NCBI RefSeq assembly: GCF_006345805.1
Contig: NC_043008.1
Span: 72,478,001 to 72,542,000, forward strand
DNA length: 64,000 nt
Reading direction: 5' to 3'
Origin: Octopus sinensis
Lineage: Eukaryota
Below are positions 52,330-64,000 of this stretch, in pieces; within the stretch, counting starts at the first letter, position 1, and each line of letters starts with the position of its first letter. The notes beneath the pieces are model-generated. The model worked only from the letters and a program-made list of their open reading frames with translations, had not been told where the DNA came from and did not search any database. A program made the position numbers and the translations under genes.

Positions 52330-54488
52330 GACTTATAGAGATGAATATGCTAGTGTGGGACTTGTAGAGAGTCCTACTATTTTACTGATACTTTGAAAAG
52401 ACACAGAGGCGTACATGAAGACAAAAAAAAGTTTTGTTCTCAAATTTCCTATTGAGGAGGGGTTGTTTATCAGAATGCATAGCTATCCTAACAGTCACCC
52501 ATATATGCTCAAAATACACACCCTCACAACTCACAAATAACAGTAGATGCAGGATTCCAAAACAGAGAAATATGTTCACCAGGAGAATAAAAATCAATAC
52601 TCTAAAATACCATCATCAACATCACCCCCAATCGAGACCATTAACAACATTGGAAGCAAAGAAGCAACAACTGCCGAACTATATGATAACCTTCATATAC
52701 GACCAAAGAGTGGAAGTCTTGCTATTAAAAACATCATCAATAATCCTAAGGTCTTTTACTCCTTTGCAAAAAGATATGGGACCACAGTTTCCTTTATCAG
52801 CCCACTGCTTGATGGAAATGGCATCCTTCACAGTGATGCCAAAGTCATGGCTGAGATCCTGCAAAGTCAATACTGCTCTGTTTTCAGTGACCCTGATTCA
52901 ATTGACTCAAACAGCCTTGCTTCTTTGAATCCTCAACATAACTTTTGATGCCGCTGATATCCTAGCAGCAATAAAAGAAATCAAACTTGATTCAGCAGTT
53001 GGTCTGGGCAGGTTCCCTGCTAGAGTGCTGAAGGAATGCAGACAGCAACTGGCAGCTCCTCTTGCAAATCTCTGCAAGAAATCACTGGATGCCAGTTTTA
53101 TCCCTCATAACCATCTCTCCCAGTTAATTGTTCCTATCTTTAAAAATGGGAATAAATCACTCCCTGTAAACTTCCATCCAATCTCACTGTCCTCACATAA
53201 CATCAAAGTATTTGAGAGAGTGTTGAGATCAAGAATAACAGCCTTCCTAGAATTAAATCAACTCCTAAACTCAAACCAGCATGGCTTTCATGGTGGGAGG
53301 GACTGTCTAACACAGCTCCTCCACTACTTTGATGACATCTTAGATGCACTAAGTGAGGGCTCCAACGCTGATGTTATATACCTTGATTTCAGCAAGGCCT
53401 TTGACAGAGTTGTACTGTTATGGAAACTATCCAACGCTGGAGTTGGTGGAAAGCTACTTCAATGGATTAGGTATTTCCTAACAAACAGGACTGAGCATGT
53501 TGTAATTGATGGCATCCAACCAAGACCAGCAAAAGTTATCTGCAAAGTCCTGCAGGGTACTGTGCTGGGTCCACTTCTTTTTATTGTCTATATCAATGGC
53601 ATTGCAGATTCCATTGAACATAGCACCATAAAAATATTTGCAGATGACTCTAATCTCCAGAAAGTCATTAAGGGAGTATCAAGCAATGCTTCAATCAGAC
53701 CTATGCACAGGAACCCAGTGAACCTACTTGAACTGTTGGATAATATCAGAGACTTAGGTGTAACTGTTGACAGCAACCTTAGCTGGGGTGGGCACATAAA
53801 CAAAGAAGAATGTGCTCATAGATCCTCAGAACTTTCCAATCTAGGGATCATGAAGCCATCCTACTCTTCTCCGTATTTGCTTGGCCCCACCTTGAATACT
53901 GCTGCCCATTGTGGTCCACCTACAAAAAGCAAGACATAATGAAGATCGAAGCACCACAAAGATCAATATCTAAAAAACAAATGGCATGACGGGACTTGAT
54001 TATTGGGATTGACTTAAACAGCTGGAACTCTAATTTCTGCAATGCCACTATGAGCAATACATTATTTGCACCATGTGGAAAATATTCCACCAATATTATC
54101 CAAATGATATTGGTATTATGTTTACAATTCACCCAAGACTAGCCCCCCACCCATGGAATGCATCCCCTACAAAGGTTGAGATCACATCACACAAGAACAT
54201 GGCAACACAATTTCTTCACTGCAAATGGTCCTGCTCTTTTCAATGTTATCCTAAAAGAAATTAAAGTAGAAAAAGATTCCACAACTTTCAAACAGTACCT
54301 GGACAAATTCTTGCAGCAAATACTGGATAAACCACCTACATCTGGATATGTCTCGACCAACAACTCTCTGCTTGAGTGGTCCATGGTGTCCCAAAATAAT
54401 TAACTAAAAGACTTTTCCAGGTGGTGCTACTGAGTTAGTCATGGCCTGGCCCAATAATGCCAAAAACCAATCTAAGTTATCTAAGTTA
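52330..54488 (+). mobile_element. Decayed CR1-type LINE (RT domain)
   Basis: ORF 53025-53939: PISLSSHNIKVFER, NQHGF, DVIYLDFSKAFDRV, QGTVLGPLLF, KIFADD; 3' end tctaagttatctaagtta-(TA)n; 5' boundary approximate. Confidence 0.9.
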
Positions 54489-54599
54489 TATATGTATATA
54501 CATTTATACATAATATAATATAGTATAATATAATATAATATAATATAATATAATATAATATAATATATATATATATATATATACATACATATATATAGA

Positions 54600-54655
<56 letters not shown>

Positions 54656-55983
54656 TACACACATACATACACACACACACAAGCATAAAGTATTTGTATG
54701 TCTCAGTCATGTCTCCAATATACCATTCTCTATTTCTAACAACTATTATTACTACTACCACCATGCTATACTTTCATCATTATTACTATTTCAGTTTAGT
54801 GGTTTTGGTATTGCAGAACAAAAAATTTGTAACTCTTTAGTTCAAATCCTACTTATGTCAGCTTTACTATTCATTCTTCGAGGTCACTAAAACAGTCTAA
54901 GATCAATACCAAGGACGATTAAATCAATTACTACACCCACCTTTAAAATTTGCTGTCTTCCACTAATGTTAGTCATTATTATTTCCACTATTATTACCAT
55001 TATTACTGCTGTTACTACAACTAGAATATCTTGGTTTTTCTTGTATCACCATGTCAAGCTGAGCTAGCTTTCTTCCAAGAATTTTGTAATTGCTTTAATC
55101 TAAAGCCACTTTCACACGCAAGCAATAAAATAAAGGCAGAATAAACGACTGAATTGTGGTTGCTTTTGTGAGACTGCAGGTGATCTTTATGTGTTTTTAA
55201 TATAACTTTACTTCACTACAAAGATTTATATTCAGAAATTATGTGCGGGATCTGCTCTATCCAAACCATGTTTTTACATTTTATTACATTTTATTGCGTT
55301 GTATAAATGCAGGCATGTGGTCATGTGATCTTCTGCTTACATCAGAACATTTTTCAGTTTAAGGCATTGCACCATTTCTGTTACATTGTCAGAACAAATT
55401 GTTTCCTTGCTCTATTCTGTGTGATACAATTTTAGTTTGTAAACCCTCGATCTATTGGGAAATTTTCCCTGTTACTCCATTTGGATTTCCTTTCAGATGT
55501 CTACAAATTACAGAACATCAATATCATATATGTATATATATTTGTATATATGTATGTATATATATATATGTATGTATGTATGTATGTATATAATCTAAAA
55601 ATAAAAATCTTTATATACATACACACACACATATATAAAGGCATTTTTTATTGCCTTTTTCTTCTTTACAAGTGATATGCTACAAAGTTATATCTCTCAG
55701 TTGATCTAAACAAATTAAATCTTGTTTCTATTCCTTTGCATGTTCTTGTCTATGTGTTGAAGAACATAAGTGCTAAATACTAAGTTTGATATATATTCTG
55801 CTGTTGACAGCATTTTCCAAACACTGTTAAGCAATATATGTGTGCAATCTTTAACTGGTTCTGCTGCAGCATTTACTCCAAGATACACTTGATATATTTT
55901 TTCTTTTCTTTTTATGTTGATTCTCTTTATACACTAGAATTAATCTAATAACGGTGCATCAGATTTATTCTAACATAGCTTAA

Positions 55984-56015
<32 letters not shown>

Positions 56016-56694
56016 CCCCCTCTCCCTCTCTCTCATAACTTGTAGTACAACATACTGTTCTATTCAGTAAATAACTCATCTTTTTACCTTTACCATTTTC
56101 CTGGAATCTCTGTCACATCATTACTTTACTTAAACTCTGTGTTTGTATTGTTTTCTTTATTATTTTATTCTACTATTATTTGTTTATTTTCCCATTTATT
56201 CATGTTCCAATGCATTCTCTGTCAGCATTGTCTTAGTTAATTTCTGTCTTAACAGCATCGCAGACTTTCTTGTTCCATCATCTAATCCAACAACTTACTT
56301 TTTTACCAAATTAATTCTTCATTCAATATTTTGCTCTAGTATTTGCTATTGCATAGCCAGGAAATTCTAGCTTCTGATTCTGAAGACTGTAGCAGTTGGC
56401 TCACAAAACCATCTGGAGGTTCTACAGAAGTTTATGAATGTGAACAAAAACTGTCTGGTTATCTTAAAGAACTTTAGAATTTGTGACAAAATAATTGGTG
56501 GTTCTATAGAACTGTAGAATTGGCAACAAGACTGCTGTTGATGGTTTTAGAAATAGTTGCACTTAAATTATCCTTATATTGTCAAATGCTGCTTATAAAT
56601 CTAAACTTCTATCTTATTGTATAGGAGAATATGAGTATGTTCATATGTCTATGTCCATAATTGTATGTAAATGCGCACACACACACATACACAC

Positions 56695-56732
<38 letters not shown>

Positions 56733-57914
56733 ATATTACTTTTTTTTATTTTAGCATGGGCTGAACATCTCTGTAAATTCATATAATTATGATTATATTC
56801 ACATATACTGCTGGTTGAGCTCTGAACATGGACAAGTAATTGGATTGGCCTTAATTTCTCTGAATATACTGATACAATGCTACTAATTTATCTCTCTTCT
56901 GCACCAAGACTTCAATCATAATATTGGCTATTTTGGCCAATCCTTCTAACATGGAATTGAAATTTTTTGGAACTTAGTTTCTTCTCCATTTTAATTTTTC
57001 TTACAATTTCTAACCTATTGCAATACAAATTGAATATTAACCATACTGTCTTTATACTCTGTTCTAATGTCAAGAATGTTCAAAGTTATTGTGTAAAAAT
57101 TCATTAAGATCCATGGCCATTTTAAAGGATGATGCTTAGATGAATTTTCAAAGATTAATTGGATGAAATGGTAAATCTTTCCTTGCCTGGAAGATAGATT
57201 TATTACAAATATAATTCTTGAAATGCTAAATAACCAAGATAATGTACAATAATGTGTTCTACATGTAACTTTAGGAACACTTGTCATGAATTTGAACATC
57301 ATACATCACAAAGACTGCCAGCTTGCTAACCCTCCGGTTCTTTGTCAAGATGATCTAAAAGACTTTTATATACCATTCCTTAAATAATATGGTTTTGTTA
57401 GCCTTATTTCAACTAATTAGGCTCCAGAATAGTTACCTGTTTTTTTTTATCTCCATACTGAAAACACAGAAAATAAGTTTCCTCCTCCACTCCACTAATG
57501 TCACAATTGATGCATTCCAGAACCACTTCTTTTCTTTCTCTCTGTCTCTCGTTCTCTGTCTCTTTGCAATCATCAATTTGTGTCTATGGATACACTGCCA
57601 TGTATATGTAAGACTGTCTTAAGTGTTAGAGCCTTCTGATCAAAGAAATGCCCTATGGAACCAATAGCATTTATTTATTGATAGCAAGCTTCAGTATACA
57701 TAGACTAGTCTGGGGCTTCTACATTGACTAGGGTCTCTAGTACTGCCCAAAATTTTCACCCTTTAGGACAGTACTGTATATATATTCCATACAGAAGAAG
57801 GGTAACTTGCTTGCCAATGACTTACTTATCTTCCACTCAACTGAATTAAAACAAAAGGAATAAAAACACTTGTAAACTATCACCTTCTCTTTAATCCCTC
57901 TCTCTCTGTTCCTT

Positions 57915-57950
<36 letters not shown>

Positions 57951-58387
57951 GATCATTTTCACCCAGTAAAACTATGATCCGTATCATACATCAGTGGTTT
58001 CCTCTTGTTCTCAGCTTTAATAAAAACATTGGTTTGTATTTTTGCTTTTGATTCAGCAAAGTCTTTGAGAGTATTTAACTCACCCACAGGGCCATCTTCG
58101 CATTCTAGGCACCTGGGCAAATCAATGCACTGGGCCCTATAATACTCTTTATTGACTGCAGGCCACAGTATACAGAGATCAAAATTGAACCCCCTAGAAC
58201 AATGAGGGCCCTCAACCCATAGATGGTGCCTGAGAATTTTGCTGACTATGCAAAAACAAACTAATGTACATGCAGACAGACACACACACACACACACGAA
58301 CATGCACAAAGAGGCACACATGACACACACACATACATATGTTGTGTGTGTGCGTGTATATATATATATATATATATATATTGTATA

Positions 58388-58419
<32 letters not shown>

Positions 58420-58868
58420 GTATGCATATGTATATATATAATATATATATATATGTATGTATATATATAGTATATAATATATATATTATATAGTATATCT
58501 ATATTATATATATAATACAAATAAGAAAATGGAGAAACAAATTCATCACTTACAGATATCTTACTTTGTATTATATAATCTATCATCATCATCATCATCG
58601 TCGTTTAACGTCCGTTCTCCATGCTAGCATGGGTTGGACGGTTCGACCGGGGTTCTGGGAAGCCAGAAGGCTGCACCAGGCTCCAGTCTAATCTGGCAAT
58701 GTTTCTACAGCTGGATGCCCTTCCTAACGCCAACCACTCCGTGAGTGTAGTGGGTGCTTTTTACGTGCCACCTGCACAGGTGCCAGGCGGGGCTGGCAAC
58801 GGCCACGGTCAGATTGGTGTATTTTATGTGCCACCGGCACGGAAGCCAGTCAAGGTGGTGCTGGCATC

Positions 58869-59322
58869 GGCCACGAGTCGGATAGTGCTTTTTACGTACC
58901 ACCAGACCAGGGATCCTGGCTGGTTCAATTCGATTTCGATTTCGCTTGCCCCAACATGTCTTCACAAGCAAAGGGGGTTGGCATGGGTGCCTGTCGTACG
59001 GTCGCATTGGAGTATTTTACGTGCCACGGCCACGAGTCGGATAGTGCTTTTTACGTACCACCAGACCAGGGATCCTGGCTGGTTCAATTCGATTTCGATT
59101 TCGCTTGCCCCAACATGTCTTCACAAGCAAAGGGGGTTGGCATGGGTGCCTGTCGTACGGTCGCATTGGAGTATTTTACGTGCCACGGCCCCGTCGGATA
59201 GTGCTTTTTACGTACCACCAGGCCAGGGATCCTGGCTGGTTCAATTCGGTTTCGATTTCGATTTCGCTTGCCCCACATGTCTTCGCAAGCATGGGGGGTT
59301 GGCATGGGTGTCTGTCGTCGGA
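58869..59322. repeat. 159-bp tandem repeat (about 2.8 copies) in the RTE 3' UTR
   Basis: Units start at 58869, 59028 and 59187; the first two appear identical. Confidence 0.92.
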
Positions 59323-59499
59323 TGAGGTTCTATATCGACTTCGCTTGCCTCAACCGGTCTTTGTGTCCAAGGGAGGAAAGGCATTCATAAGTGGGCTGGG
59401 CTCACTTGTCCTGCCTGGTCTTCTCACGTACAGAATATTTCCAAAGGTCTCGGTCTCTGGTCATTTCCTCAGTGAGGCCTAAAGTTCGAAGGTCGTGCT

Positions 59500-62400
59500 T
59501 CACCACCTCGTCCCAGGTTTTCCTGGGTCTACCTCTTCCACGGGTTCCCTCACTGCTAGGGATTGGCACTTTCTCACACACCTATCTTCATCCATTCTCG
59601 CCACATGACCATACCAGCGCAATCGTCTCTCTTGCACACCACAACTGATGCTTCTTAGGTACAACATTTCTCTCAAGGTGCTAACGCTCTGTCGAGTATG
59701 TACACTGACATTACACATCCATCGGAGCATACTGGCTTCATTCCTCACGAGCTTACGCATGTCCTCAGCAGTCACGGCCCATGTTTCGCTGCCATGTAGC
59801 ATGGCTGTTCGTACACACGCATCATACAGTCTGCCTTTTACTCTGAGCGAGAGGCCTTTAGTCACCAGCAGAGGTAAGAGCTCCCTAAACTTTGCCCAGG
59901 CTATTCTTATTCTAGCAGTTACACTTTCAGCGCACCCACCCCCACTACTGACTTGGTCACCTAGATAACGGAAGCTATCAACTACTTCTAGTTTTTCCCC
60001 CTGGAAAGTGACGAAGTTGTTTTCTGCAGATTTTCGGAGGTTAATGCTCCCGAGCATCTGCCACATACAAAAACTATCTTCCCAGTTAGCCTACCTTTGA
60101 CATTGCTGCACCTCTTATGTGTCCATAGCTTACACTGGGTACATCTTATAGAGTTTCTACCTACACCTTTTCTACAGATCGAGCAGGGCCATCTTCCTGA
60201 AGATATTTGTGGATTGTCTACCCTTCTACTTATTAGTACTTTGGTTTTAGCTAGGTTGACTCTAAGGCCCCTTGATTCTAAACCCTCCTTCCACACCTGG
60301 AACTTCTCCTCCAGTTCTGATAGTGACTCAGCAATAAGAGCAAGGTCGTCAGCGTAGAGGAGCTCCCAGGGACAGCCTGTCTTGAATTCCTCCGTAATTG
60401 CCTGGAGTACTATGATAAATAGGAGGGGGCTGAGTACTGAACCCTGGTGGACCCCAACCTCTACTTTGAATTCTTCTGTGTACATGTTGCCAACCCTAAC
60501 CTTACTTACGGCATCTCTGTACATGGCTTGCACAGTCCTCACCAGCCATTCATCTATCCCTAGTTTCCTCATTGACCACCAGATAAGGGATCGGGGGACC
60601 CTATCAAAAGCTTTCTCCATGTCAACGAAAGCCAGGTACAGGACTTATCTTTGGCTAGGTATTTCTCCTGCAGCTGCTTACCAGGAATATAGCATCAGTG
60701 GTACTTTTCCTGGCACGAACCCAAACTGCATCTCATCTAAACTAACTCTCTCTCTAATTAGTTGGGCTATGACCCTCTCCGTAACCTTCATTACTTGATC
60801 CAACAGCTTGATACCTCTGTAATTATTTGTATCTAGGGCATCACCTTTACCTTTGTAGCAGTTGACTAGTATGCTGCTGCTCCAGTCATTGGGTATGACT
60901 CCTTCGTGTATCACCTGGTTGACTATACTGGTGACTAGGTTATAGCCGACACTGCCAGATATTTTGAGCATCTCTGCAGTAATTCCTGATGGGCCTGGGG
61001 CTTTCCCTGTCTTCATGCTTCTAATTGCCTTAGCTACCACGGAACTATCAACTCGGATAGCTGGTCCCTCTGTAGGGTCAACATTCGGCAGATTCTCTTT
61101 ATCCCATTCATTTTCCTCATTCAGTAACCTTTCATAGTGGCGTCTCCAAGCTTCTCTCTTTGCATCCTCATTTAGCGCAAGTGAACCATCCTCCATGCGA
61201 ACACATTTCTCTCCTACCACATCACGATTCTCTCTCACACACTGTCTTGCAACACGAAATACCTCAAGTCTTTCATCCTCACGGCGCAGGACATTGGCAA
61301 ATTTTCTCTTATCTGCTTCCCCTCTGGCTAGATAGACCTGTCTCCTAGCTTCCCTTCTGGCAGTCTGATACCCTTCCCTGCTACCACCGTTCTTCCAGGC
61401 CTTCCAAGCCTGTTTCTTTTGTCTAATAGCCCTGTCAACAATATTGTTCCACCACTACGTTATTTTGGGTCTTAAGGGGTCTTTGCACCAGCCACAGATC
61501 TGGTCAGCGGCTTTCAGCAGGTTGTCCCTCAGAAACGTCCAGTTGTCTTCTACCCCATGTGTAGCTATACCCCCTTCCACTTCGTCAAAGGCTTCAAGTA
61601 ACATATCTCTAAATCTGTCCTTTCGCAGGGGCTTTAAGCTTCCAGACCCTTCTTCTCCATGTTGGTCGTCTTCTAGTCGCCCTCTTAGTCCTGATCCTAA
61701 AGTCACTAACTACCAGTCTATGTTGTGGGGTGCATTCTTCGCCTGGGAAGGTTTTGGCATTTATAAGCAGCCATCTTTCCCTTTTTCTGGCAAGGATGTA
61801 GTCGATTTGGCTAGTATGCCGGCCCGATCGGTAGGTGACCAGGTGGCTTGTTGGTTTCCTGAAGTTAGTGTTGCAGACCATAAGACTATTCGCATCGCAG
61901 AACTCCAGCAGCTTGGTTCCCTCCTCGTTGCGGGAACCATAACCGTAGCCTCCATGTACGCCATGGAAGCCCCCAGCATGTCGTCCAACATGCCCATTGA
62001 AATCACCAGCCACAAAGAGAAGGTCCCTGTCGTTCGTCGATGAGGTGGTCTGCAGTAAGGTGTCATAGAAACTGTCTTTCTGTCCATCGGGTAGCCCTGG
62101 CTGAGGGGCATAGGCCGATATAATGGTTGCTAATCTATTATGAAGCACTATTCTAATCTTAAGTATTCTGTCACTTACTCTGATTACCTCAATTACTCTA
62201 TCTATCCATTTCTCAGCGATAAGTATACCCACGCCACCAACCCCGTCAGTGTTCCCTGCCCAGAAAATCTTGTACCTGTGTTCCTTGCCTGTGAGGACCC
62301 TAGCAGATCCTCCTCTCCACCTTATTTCTTGCATACAACATACATCAACACGTCTCCGTTCAAGCATCTCGACTATCTCGCCAGACCTACCTTTCAATGT

Positions 62401-62517
62401 GCCAACGTTGAGGGTGCCCACCCTGAGGGTGTGGGAGGTGTGGGCCTCTGAGACCCTGGGATGAGGGACAGCAGTGTTATGTACCTGAAAAGAAAGCTTG
62501 CATTTGCCAGATATCAT
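59500..62517 (-). pseudogene. RTE polyprotein: AP endonuclease, RT, PHD finger, C-terminal region; broken by several frameshifts and a TGG>TAG stop near 61455
   Basis: VGTLNV, MQE, SAYAP, AGDFNGH, QIDYI, PQH (APE); NYRGIKLL, QFGF, EKAFD, HQGSVLSPLLF, YADD, FRYLG (RT). Confidence 0.95.
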
Positions 62518-62670
62518 ACTGAGACTCTAGACTACAACCTGCATAAATTTCACAGTTTTTGCGCTATATTATCACAATAAACCCTACATAGGGGTGCGGG
62601 GGGGGGTCAAGAAAGATAGAAAACAGAAACTTCCGGTTCTGGTGGATGGGTGGGAGGGCGGGGTCACCTC

Positions 62671-63590
62671 GAAGGAACAACAGGTTCTAAGTTAATACGT
62701 AGGGAATTTTCTGCAACAGAAATTACTGAACATCTAGGAACTTCGGGGTTCGAGAAGAACGTAATATAAATAAGAGAGAGAGAAAAAATTTCGTAGGGAA
62801 TTTAGGGTATCTTTGGGGAAAGGAGTAACGACGAAGGAACAACAGGTTTTAAGTTAATACGTAGGGAATTTTCTGCAACAGAAATTACTGAACATCTAGG
62901 AACTTCGGGGTTCGAGAAGAACGTAATATAAATAAGAGAGAGAGAAAAAATTTCGTAGGGAATTTAGGGTATCTTTGGGGAAAGGAATAACGACGAAGGA
63001 ACAACAGGTTTTAAGTTAATACGTAGGGAATTTTCTGCAACAGAAATTACTGAACATCTAGGATCTTCGGGGTTCGAGAAGAACGTAATATAAATAGAGA
63101 GAGAGAGAAAAAATTTCGTAGGGAATTTAGGGTATCTTGGGGAAAGGAGTAACGACGAAGGAACAACAGGTTTTAAGTTAATACGTAGGGAATTTTCTGC
63201 AACAGAAATTACTGAACATCTAGGAACTTCGGGGTTCGAGAAGAACGTAATATAAATAGAGAGAGAGAAAAAATTTCGTAGGGAATTTAGGGTATCTTTG
63301 GGGAAAGGAATAACGACGAAGGAACAACAGGTTTTAAGTTAATACGTAGGGAATTTTCTGCAACAGAAATTACTGAACATCTAGGATCTTCGGGGTTCGA
63401 GAAGAACGTATATAAATAAGAGAGAGAGAAAAATTTCGTAGGGAATTTAGGTATCTTTGGGGAAAGGAATAACGACGAAGGAACAACAGGTTTTAAGTTA
63501 ATACGTAGGGAATTTTCTGCGACAGAAATTACTGAACATCTAGAAACTTCGGGGTTCGAGTAAAACATAATATAAATAGGAGAGAGAGAG
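62671..63590. repeat. ~162-bp tandem array (about 5.7 units) upstream of the RTE ORF
   Basis: Units (gaaggaacaacagg...) start at 62671, 62833, 62995, 63157, 63318 and 63477; near identical. Confidence 0.95.
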
Positions 63591-63762
63591 AATATTGTAT
63601 GGAATAACAACGGGATGACACTGAAATTAAAGGAGGAATTTAAAATGCATGACAGACAGGAAGCCATGCATACAAGATGGCGAAATAGATAATAGAGAAA
63701 CGGGATTTAGAGTTACGAATCAACGCTTAAAAAAATGAATATGAATGACAGGTTGTAAATAT

Positions 63763-63829
<67 letters not shown>

Positions 63830-63875
63830 ATATATATATATGTATCAAAATAAGCAACAGGATATCAAGAAGTGA

Positions 63876-63948
63876 TGCAGTACTACTGTTTCAAGCAGCT
63901 CCATACAATCATGACATCAATTTAAATGCAGGGCTATCATCAGCTGCA
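63876..63948 (-). ncRNA. Type I hammerhead ribozyme motif next to (TA)n; the element runs off the window
   Basis: UGCAG CUGAUGA U AGC...GCU U GAAAC AGUA GUA/CUGCA; 5-bp stem I. Confidence 0.75.
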
Positions 63949-64000
63949 CAAATAAACAGAATTTTAATCAGTTGGACACATTAATATAATTTTTCTCAAA

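Larger units (their letters stand above)
58583..63757 (-). mobile_element. Near full-length RTE-clade LINE (5' boundary uncertain)
   Basis: APE, RT and C-terminus in collinear ORFs, ~0.9-kb 3' UTR, (GAT)n tail at 58583-58600, upstream tandem array, then (TA)n at 63758. Confidence 0.9.

Noticed and set aside
58621-59482. 234-aa and 125-aa plus-strand ORFs
   Set aside because: Antisense to the RTE 3' UTR and lengthened by the 159-bp in-frame tandem repeat.

Overview
AT-rich, microsatellite-dense animal DNA with no host protein-coding exon that I can support. The repeat complement resembles Octopus/coleoid cephalopod DNA (inference). Nearly all long ORFs come from decayed transposons or (TA)n/(CA)n tracts. 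Recognisable elements are several RTE-clade LINE copies (one near full-length at about 58583-63757, with a PHD finger inside the RT region and a tandem 162-bp array upstream), two CR1-type LINE pieces, an R4/Dong-type RLE LINE, mariner and Tc1 remnants, a non-autonomous Helitron and many tRNA-derived SINEs. The standout signal is invisible in the ORF track: at least seven sequence-unrelated families of short, non-coding, usually fold-back elements, mostly abutting (TA)n tracts, carry type I hammerhead ribozyme folds (CUGANGA, stem II, GAAAC, short often palindromic stem III, NUH, closing stem I). Ten cores retain both conserved boxes. They include a perfect double-ribozyme palindrome (44196-44335), a ~900-bp palindrome with one ribozyme per arm (29267-30180), a ~601-bp terminally redundant unit (34848-35563) and a U3-A8 compensatory core variant (45744-45817). 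The architecture fits Penelope-like element ends or retrozyme-like non-autonomous elements. Catalytic activity and the mobilising partner are not shown by this sequence.
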